The position numbers and the translations under genes are program-made. From contig OZ240248.1 of the NCBI GenBank assembly GCA_965198235.1, positions 1,792,001 to 1,856,000 on the forward strand: a stretch of DNA of 64,000 nt. Direction: 5' to 3'. The notes under the pieces were generated by a model. That model worked only from the letters and a program-made list of their open reading frames with translations, made no database searches and was not told where the DNA came from. This DNA comes from Candidatus Poribacteria bacterium (GTDB taxonomy: Bacteria > Poribacteria > WGA-4E > WGA-3G). Positions 57,207-64,000 of this stretch are shown one piece after another (position 1 is the stretch's first letter; each line of letters starts with the position of its first letter).

Positions 57207-58310
57207 ATGCTTCGTATATGTACATGTCTGACGCTCTTACTTTCAGTGATGAGTTGTAAATCGCAAACTTTGCAGGAACATCTTTTAGAACCGCCACCAC
57301 CGCTCATCAATTTCGCACTGAGCCGAAATGGGGCAATCACGGATGCGTCACAATCCGTTCCAAACCATCGCGCCGAAGAGATAATCGATGGTGATACCAA
57401 CTCCGAGACGTGGGATGAAGGCAGTGGATGGGGGAGCAGTTTAGAACATCTCCGCACCTCGGATTTGAACAAGCGCCCTTATGTATCCGTGACGCTCGCT
57501 AAACCGGTCGATATTCGTAAAATTGTTATGTGGACGATCGACTCCGAAAAATATCCAGCACCGCAATTCGGGTTGAAGGACTATCGGATTGAGTATTGGC
57601 ACGGCACCGGTTGGGGGCTTATTCCATCTGGGGATACGAAAGATAAACAGTATACAGCGCGAGATAACACCAAAGGTAGACGGGTTCATGAAGTCCGCCA
57701 ACGCCTAATAGCGAGCAAAGTCCGGCTCGTTCCAGTTTCTTCAAATGATACAGTGCGCAATTACCAGCACATGGCAGGGAGGCGACCTGTGTATGAAGTG
57801 GACGGCATTGCGCGAGTTATGGAATTGGAGGTTTGGGGGTATACCGCCCCGGAAGTCCATACACTCAAGCAGATTGCACAAGGAATCCCGCCGGAATCAG
57901 TGGCACATCCTGTAACAACAGAGACACAGAATGGTAAACATCAGACCGAACCGACGATCAAAGAGATTATTCAGAGCGTCTTAAACCGATATGAACTCGG
58001 ATACGACATGGCAGACCTAACGAAGGTTATGTCCTGTTTTTCGGAAGCGTATCTCTCCAACGGACGCACATATCAAGACGTTCAGACAAAGGCAGCGCAT
58101 TTCTTTGAAGTCTATCATCAGATTGACATGACGCTGACTGACATTGACATCCATCCGAACATAGTTGACGATACAGCGATTGTAAAGGGTGGCTACACGT
58201 TGCAATATGCCCCGAAGGCGAATGGTCAGGTTGAACAGACATCTGGCAAATTGACATTGGTTTTCGCGAATGAAGCCGAAACATGGCGTATTATCCGGGC
58301 AGATTTTTAA
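57207..58310 (+). CDS. Lipoprotein with discoidin (F5/8 type C)-like and SnoaL/NTF2-like domains
   Basis: AGGAGG RBS; lipobox 'VMSC'; 'IIDGDT..W', 'ELEVWG'; 'LTLVF....WRII'. Confidence 0.75.
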   Translation: MLRICTCLTLLLSVMSCKSQTLQEHLLEPPPPLINFALSRNGAITDASQSVPNHRAEEIIDGDTNSETWDEGSGWGSSLEHLRTSDLNKRPYVSVTLAKPVDIRKIVMWTIDSEKYPAPQFGLKDYRIEYWHGTGWGLIPSGDTKDKQYTARDNTKGRRVHEVRQRLIASKVRLVPVSSNDTVRNYQHMAGRRPVYEVDGIARVMELEVWGYTAPEVHTLKQIAQGIPPESVAHPVTTETQNGKHQTEPTIKEIIQSVLNRYELGYDMADLTKVMSCFSEAYLSNGRTYQDVQTKAAHFFEVYHQIDMTLTDIDIHPNIVDDTAIVKGGYTLQYAPKANGQVEQTSGKLTLVFANEAETWRIIRADF

Positions 58311-58511
58311 TTGATGGCCTCTGGGCACCGCTCCAAAAAGAATCGAAGTGACACCTTCCGGCGTATCTTTGTGAGCCACTATTGTTCAACAGCATCGTGG
58401 TTAGGTTGGAAGGGACAGCGAAATTACCGTGGTGTTATCACCGTCGCGGGCGAAGATCCCTACACTGATGAAGGGTATGTCACACCGAACGTCTGGGCGC
58501 GATGGGAGTAG
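58311..58511 (+). pseudogene. C-terminal fragment of a PhyH-like dioxygenase
   Basis: 'HRSKKNRSDTFRRIFVSHYC' matches the distal His/Arg region of PhyH enzymes. Confidence 0.6.
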
Positions 58512-58530
58512 TATGAACAACTCGTAGCAG

Positions 58531-58681
58531 AAACGCATCTGACCGAACCGCGAGGAGGAAAGGATTCGTGCATTCTTTGTAGAGAGTCTGTAGTCCGTAA
58601 TGAAATGGAGGACGGATATACGGGAACGCACTGCGTAATCTAAACGCACCTGACCGAACCGCAAGGAGAATTAAAAAAATG
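58531..58681 (+). repeat. Duplicated AAACGCAYCTGACCGAACCGCRAGGAG unit ending at the PhyH start codon
   Basis: Copies at 58531-58557 and 58642-58668; 3' end matches 32464-32489. Confidence 0.7.
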
Positions 58682-59494
58682 AAACTGACAGAACATCAGG
58701 TGAATTTCTTCAATACTTTCGGCTATCTCGCAATACCGGGCATGTTTTCGCCAAGCGAGATGGAATGGATTACCGAAGAATTTGAGATATCGATTCAAGA
58801 ATTTGGGGGCGGCAAGGATCATGATGGAACACGCCGCACAATGTTCGGCGGTCCGATTGAGCATCGCTCTCGACTCTGTACTTTACTCGATGATGAACGA
58901 GTTAAGGGACTCATCGGTGGTGTGCTCGGTGAAGACTTCAACTACGCTGGGGGCGACGGGAACTATTACAGCGGCGATACGGGTTGGCATCCTGATGGAG
59001 GCTGGGGACGACTCTTCGCTTGTAAGGTGGCGTTTTATCTCGACCCGTTAACAAGAGACACCGGATGCTTGCGCATCATTCCGGGCAGTCAGAACCCTGC
59101 ACACTTTGTCAGAGCTGGAAAAATTGATCCGAATCAATCAGAGGCATTATACGGTATCCCGCCTCGGGACTTTCCAACCAGCGTCGCATTGGAAAGCAAA
59201 CCCGGTGATATCGCTATTTTTAATCACGATACTTATCACGCAGCGTTTGGCGGTGGGACCCGGCGGCGGATGTTTACCATGAATTGCACACAGCATTGCA
59301 CGACCGAGCCGGATTTAGAGACATTGCATCAGTACTTGAGCGTCCATTCAGCAGGAGGATATAAAATTGAGACGGGCGCAGGTATGTATTTTCCACCGAT
59401 GGTTGACACCGCCGACGTAAAACGGCAAATTCATCTCCAGCAGTGTAGCGACATTCATGACGAATTGTTTCCGCAATATGCTCGGCGTTCTTAG
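58679..59494 (+). CDS. Phytanoyl-CoA dioxygenase (PhyH) family protein
   Basis: 'LTEHQVNFFNTFGYL', 'WHPD', 'GCLRIIPGS', 'PGDIAIFN..YHA'. Confidence 0.9.
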   Translation: MKLTEHQVNFFNTFGYLAIPGMFSPSEMEWITEEFEISIQEFGGGKDHDGTRRTMFGGPIEHRSRLCTLLDDERVKGLIGGVLGEDFNYAGGDGNYYSGDTGWHPDGGWGRLFACKVAFYLDPLTRDTGCLRIIPGSQNPAHFVRAGKIDPNQSEALYGIPPRDFPTSVALESKPGDIAIFNHDTYHAAFGGGTRRRMFTMNCTQHCTTEPDLETLHQYLSVHSAGGYKIETGAGMYFPPMVDTADVKRQIHLQQCSDIHDELFPQYARRS

Positions 59495-59627
59495 GTTTTA
59501 GCATTTCCATTGCAATCCCTGCGCTTTTGTGGTATTCTATAGTATAGGTTCATGCTGCAAGTAGGCGCAATCTCCAAAAAGGAAAGAGAACTTGACTGTG
59601 ATGAACCCAGTTGGCATTAACCAGAGA

Positions 59628-59718
59628 CCATCGTGAAATGAAATTATGCCTTAAATGGCATAATTTGCCCTTGCTTTACATTTGGAACGATGCCCAGGTG
59701 CCAATAGTTAAAAAAATG
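59628..59718 (+). repeat. Family B element ending at the sppA start codon
   Basis: accatcgtgaaatgaaattatgccttaaatggcataattt...ggaacgatgcccaggtgccaATAGTTAAAAAAATG. Confidence 0.8.
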
Positions 59719-62184
59719 AAAAGCGTATTTAGGGTTCCATCTTCATTGAGTGAGCGTTTAGGGCGCATTGGCAAAAATGTTATTTCCGCAGCATTCATCT
59801 GTGGGATAAGCACATTTTGTGCTGCTGCACCGCCAAAGGTGCGTACCCACTTGCCCTCAAGTTCCATCGCGATGAGCGATGATGCCCTTGCCACCTTCTT
59901 TAATCCATCCGGACTTGCCGCAGGACACGATCTAAACCTATACTACCTCCGAACATATCAAAGCGATTGGGCAGGCGATGACGCTTTCTTCCTTGCTGTG
60001 CCTGGCGCAGGTTTCGGTATAGAATTCGGCACCGCCGATGCTGATACTGACTTCACGCGCTATACGTTTTCGGGTGGATATCATCTCGGAAACGCACTTT
60101 ACTGGGGGACAAGTTACAGTTGGATGAATTCGGACGATGAGGGATATGACAGATTCCGTTCACTCTCCATGGGCTTAATGTATCGACGACGTTATTTCTC
60201 AATTGGCGCAACGGCACGCGATCTCAATCGCCCTAAATTGCTTGGAGAAAAACTCGGACGCACCTATGATTTAGGGTTAGCACTCCGTCCGGGGACGTGG
60301 CGCACAACACTCTCAATTGATATGCAGAAAACTCAAGGGATCGAGGGGGTAGAACTCCGTTATGCTCTGGAGGTCCGCCCTATTCGCGAATTCATGCTCC
60401 GCGGCACCGTAAATAACGATCTGAGTTTTGATGTCCGTTTCGGTGTGAATATCGGAAATTGGGGATTTGGAACGGGCAACGCCTTTGACAATAATCGAGA
60501 AGCATGGTCGGGGGTCGGCTATTTTCATTTTTCCAACGCACCGAAAACCAAACCGCTGCCCCGCCGTAGGACGTTCCTTGACCTACCGATGCGCTCCGTC
60601 AAACAGGTCCTACCTATCGCAAAATGGGATGACGATGTCGCTGGGATTCTTGTCCGTATTGACGGGAGCGGTTACGGTATCGCACAGCTTCAAGAGATGT
60701 CAGATGCCATTTTGGATTTTAGGGAATCGGGACGTGTTGTTTTCTGCTACCTCTCTAATTGTTCCACTGGCGATTATATTGTCGCGTCTGCATGCGAGGG
60801 TATCCTGATCCATCCGTCTGCTGAGGTCCGGTTAATTGGCATACGCACAGAGCATTCCTTCTACAAGGGAGCGTTAGATATGCTCGGCATTCGGGCGGAT
60901 CTTGAGCATCTTGGTAAGTACAAATCCGCATCCGAGGCATTCACTCGGCACGAGATGTCCGAAGCACACCGCGAGATCCAAAACATTATTTTGGATGACT
61001 TGTATGAACAACTCGTAGAGGCAATCGCAGACGGGCGTGGGTGGACGCGCGAAAGCGTCAAAAAACGTATTGACGAGGGACCTTACACAGCACGTCAAGC
61101 CTTTGCCGTTGAACTGGTCGACAGACTCGTCTATGAAGATGAATTGCATGATGTTGTGACCGAACTCACTAATGTCAGAACCGATTTGGTGCCACTTCGT
61201 GAATACGTGAGAAGTGGACTGTACACACAAAATTGGCAGGTGCCAGAGCCGAAGATTGCAATCATTAAGGCTGAAGGATTGATGTTGACGGGCGATAGTT
61301 TCGTCGATCCGTTTATGGGCACTCAGGTGATGGGAGCGGACACAATCACACGTATTGTTAAGGAGGTAAAAGACGACGATTCTATAAAAGCAGTTGTGTT
61401 GCGAATTGACAGCGGTGGTGGGCTCGTTGTTGCCGCTGACACTATATGGCGTGAATTAGTGCGACTCAAAGAGGCTAAACCGATCGTGGTGTCAATGGGT
61501 GATGTGGCGGCATCAGGAGGCTATTACATCGCGGCTCCCGCAGATGCAATCGTTGCTGAACCCGGAACGATTACGGGTTCTATCGGCGTTGTTGGCGGTA
61601 AGTATAGTTTCAAGGGGCTTTATGAGAAACTCGGCATCCATAAAGAGATTCTTAAACGGGGTGAGCACGCTGATTTTTACACCGATTACGGGGACTATCC
61701 GCTTACTGAAAAAGCAATTGTACAGAAACAGATTAAAGAGATTTATGACGATTTCATTGAAAAAGTTGCTCTCGGGCGAACCGAGCTAACAGTCGAGGAT
61801 GTAGATAGACTTGGACGCGGGCGCATCTGGTCAGGCAGACAGGCAAAGGAAAATGGGCTCGTAGATGAGTTAGGCGGTTTAAGTCTCGCAATCGCAATCG
61901 CGCGAGAACACGCAGGATTGGGAGAAAAGTCAGTTGGGATAGTCGAATTTCCGAAAAAAACATGGATGTCACAACTACTCGACAACCTCGGACTTCCATT
62001 AGTCTCGTTGGTTCGTAGTAGATTTGAGAACAGCGATATGGAGGACACGGGTGTGGGAACTGAGTCTCGGCTGCAGTTTATTACACAGTACAGTGGCTTG
62101 AGCACCACCGCGAGACTCTTAAACACAGTCAGAAAACATCGGTTCTTTCTTCTCATGCCTTATCATATAAGTGTAGGGAACTAA
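59716..62184 (+). CDS. sppA: Signal peptide peptidase SppA (S49, 67K type) with an N-terminal beta-barrel-like domain
   Basis: 'GKYKSASE', 'VLRIDSGGG', 'VSMGDVAASGGYY', 'TGSIGV', 'GRIWSG..A...GLVDELGG'; N-domain with 'FFNPSGL' and alternating beta strands. Confidence 0.88.
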   Translation: MKSVFRVPSSLSERLGRIGKNVISAAFICGISTFCAAAPPKVRTHLPSSSIAMSDDALATFFNPSGLAAGHDLNLYYLRTYQSDWAGDDAFFLAVPGAGFGIEFGTADADTDFTRYTFSGGYHLGNALYWGTSYSWMNSDDEGYDRFRSLSMGLMYRRRYFSIGATARDLNRPKLLGEKLGRTYDLGLALRPGTWRTTLSIDMQKTQGIEGVELRYALEVRPIREFMLRGTVNNDLSFDVRFGVNIGNWGFGTGNAFDNNREAWSGVGYFHFSNAPKTKPLPRRRTFLDLPMRSVKQVLPIAKWDDDVAGILVRIDGSGYGIAQLQEMSDAILDFRESGRVVFCYLSNCSTGDYIVASACEGILIHPSAEVRLIGIRTEHSFYKGALDMLGIRADLEHLGKYKSASEAFTRHEMSEAHREIQNIILDDLYEQLVEAIADGRGWTRESVKKRIDEGPYTARQAFAVELVDRLVYEDELHDVVTELTNVRTDLVPLREYVRSGLYTQNWQVPEPKIAIIKAEGLMLTGDSFVDPFMGTQVMGADTITRIVKEVKDDDSIKAVVLRIDSGGGLVVAADTIWRELVRLKEAKPIVVSMGDVAASGGYYIAAPADAIVAEPGTITGSIGVVGGKYSFKGLYEKLGIHKEILKRGEHADFYTDYGDYPLTEKAIVQKQIKEIYDDFIEKVALGRTELTVEDVDRLGRGRIWSGRQAKENGLVDELGGLSLAIAIAREHAGLGEKSVGIVEFPKKTWMSQLLDNLGLPLVSLVRSRFENSDMEDTGVGTESRLQFITQYSGLSTTARLLNTVRKHRFFLLMPYHISVGN

Positions 62185-62243
62185 CAACACAGTGAAATCA
62201 GAATTAAAATCGCAGAAATTGATGCTTCGGAGTTACGTTAAAA

Positions 62244-62906
62244 ATGCTGTTCGCCAAGAACTACACGACACTACGTCGCAAAATGGTTCGGAACCAGATT
62301 GAAGCGCGTGGTATCCACAATCCGCAAGTGCTTGCTGTTATGCGAAAAGTGGAGCGGCACCTGTTTGTAAAACCGCAGTACCTCAATGTGGCGTATCAGG
62401 ATGGAGCGTTACCAATTGATTGTGACCAAACGATCTCGCAACCGTATATCGTCGCATTGATGACGGACTTGCTGGAGCTCACCTCAACTTCAAAAGTCCT
62501 TGAGATCGGAACGGGTTGTGGCTATCAAACAGCGGTCCTGGCAGAATTGGCGAGAGATGTGTATTCTGTTGAGATTATACCCGGACTTGTCAAAAGTGCG
62601 AAGGCGCGATTAGAGGCACTCAGCTATCGAAACATTCATCTCAAGAAAGGAGATGGGTATTACGGTTGGCGAGAACACGCGCCTTATGATGCCGTGCTTG
62701 TCGCGGCAGCACCTACAGACGTGCCGGAGCGGCTCATTCAGCAACTCAAGCCAGGCGGTCGGATGGTGATTCCTGTCGGGGGTTCTGAACAAAATCTCCT
62801 TTTAATTCGAAAAGGACTTCAAGCCGATGAGAATTCGATACAGTCTCTCGAAACCACTGAGATTATCCCTGTCCGTTTTGTACCAATGACAAGTGGACTG
62901 AATTAA
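62244..62906 (+). CDS. pcm: Protein-L-isoaspartate O-methyltransferase
   Basis: 'QTISQPYIVA', 'VLEIGTGCGYQTA', 'APYDA', 'GGRMVIPVG', 'VRFVPM'. Confidence 0.95.
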   Translation: MLFAKNYTTLRRKMVRNQIEARGIHNPQVLAVMRKVERHLFVKPQYLNVAYQDGALPIDCDQTISQPYIVALMTDLLELTSTSKVLEIGTGCGYQTAVLAELARDVYSVEIIPGLVKSAKARLEALSYRNIHLKKGDGYYGWREHAPYDAVLVAAAPTDVPERLIQQLKPGGRMVIPVGGSEQNLLLIRKGLQADENSIQSLETTEIIPVRFVPMTSGLN

Positions 62907-62954
62907 ATCCGTTATCAAGATGCTGGTGCACTTACAAAAACAAGGAAACAAAGA

Positions 62955-63905
62955 TTGAAACGTATATTCCGTCTAATTCTACTCATCGTGTTGCTTTTTC
63001 CTGCTGTCGCCGCTGCTACATTTAATAACATTGGTGTTGGCGCGAGGCCGTTAGGTTTAGGTGGAGCGTTCGTCGCGCTCGCCGATGATAGCAACGCCGC
63101 AGATTACAACGCCGCAGGATTAGGTTACATTGGTGAAATCCATCTCGGTGCTACGCACGCCCAACGCTTTAGTGGGCTCATTACCTATAATGCCCTCAGT
63201 GGCATTGTTCCACTCGGAAGAATAGGGTCAATTGGGGCGGGTTTCGGGGACTTGGCAGAAGACTCCGAAGTTTACCATGAACAGACGTTGCGCCTCTCTT
63301 ACGGAAATGCCCTTTTTAAACAATTCGCAATCGGTGCAAATCTGAAACTCTTCCGTACCTCTTTTGACGAGGCAAACGAATTCGTCGCAGAGAATCCATA
63401 TTTCGTCAAAACATCCAGTTCAGCCGTTTCTTTTGATCTCGGCATGATTGCAAAACCTTTCCAGAGTCTGAGTCTTGGCGCATCGGTAGAGAACCTGCTC
63501 CCCGCAGATATGAGCATATCTGACACGCAAACAGATTCCGTGCCGTTAAACATTCGTGCTGGTTTGGCATACAGGCTTGCGTCTATCGCGGAGATGAGCG
63601 CGCAAGGTGCGGCAGTCAGCAACTTGTTGAAAGGCAGTCTTGGGAGCTTGGAGATTGCGTCTCGCAATGGCGAAATTTATATACGCACAGGAATGGAAAT
63701 CTGGTTGAATAAATCCATTGCTGTTCGCGGCGGTTATGGCGTGAAAAATGGAGGAAGTTCGGCAACGACCCTGAGTTTCGGTGGTAGTGCTAAACTTCCA
63801 TTCAGTGCAAACACCTACCTCCAACTCGACTATGGGTTTCAACTGCTAAGTGGGGATTTTCGAGACAATATAACACAGCGGTTCTCCCTCAATCTGCTGC
63901 TCTAA
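62955..63905 (+). CDS. PorV/PorQ (UPF0164, FadL-like) outer-membrane beta-barrel protein
   Basis: Signal peptide; 'GARPLGLGGAFVALADD..A..YNAAGL'; alternating strands; 'QRFSLNLLL' terminus. Confidence 0.85.
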   Translation: MKRIFRLILLIVLLFPAVAAATFNNIGVGARPLGLGGAFVALADDSNAADYNAAGLGYIGEIHLGATHAQRFSGLITYNALSGIVPLGRIGSIGAGFGDLAEDSEVYHEQTLRLSYGNALFKQFAIGANLKLFRTSFDEANEFVAENPYFVKTSSSAVSFDLGMIAKPFQSLSLGASVENLLPADMSISDTQTDSVPLNIRAGLAYRLASIAEMSAQGAAVSNLLKGSLGSLEIASRNGEIYIRTGMEIWLNKSIAVRGGYGVKNGGSSATTLSFGGSAKLPFSANTYLQLDYGFQLLSGDFRDNITQRFSLNLLL

Positions 63906-64000
63906 AGAAAGGTTTTTAATTTATCGAATCTGGACGTTGTTCCGCTTCGTTCCGCACAGGTTCTTACCAAGACTGAACAGTTCCTTTACCGAGCTGCACC

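Noticed and set aside
1-64000. tRNA (including tRNA-Sec), rRNA, selA/selB/selD
   Set aside because: None recognised in this window, so the Sec calls rest on homology and hairpins and need the rest of the genome

Overview
A bacterial chromosomal window of ~50% GC. The gene content points to Candidatus Poribacteria or a relative (inference: several PhyH dioxygenases, FG-GAP/Kelch/TPR proteins, an ECF sigma-propeller fusion and C-terminal 'KLxTxWGxIK' tails). It carries housekeeping genes (pheA, queG, queF, sppA, pcm), envelope and secreted proteins, a decayed TA/defence patch (45.9-53 kb), one complete IS5-family element, several pseudogenes and many short intergenic palindromic repeat families. 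The main hidden signal is two selenoprotein candidates that the ORF track breaks or misses. (1) 6489..8177 is a homologue of animal selenoprotein N (LLFGVLDDESC-U-G, in-frame TGA 7320-7322 followed by a SECIS-like hairpin) fused to a TlpA-like redoxin whose CxxC has become SxxC. (2) 22888..23133 is an unannotated 81-aa DUF5069-like protein with TGA at the family's conserved Cys (GEYIYP-U-PQD), a strong RBS and a SECIS-like hairpin. Also notable: an intergenic repeat inserted in frame in an Omp85/peptidase gene; repeat ends that coincide with start and stop codons; a HEPN protein carrying an antitoxin-like tail; a putative C-terminal sorting motif; and a shared ECF-type promoter. All family assignments come from motif recognition by eye; no searches were run.
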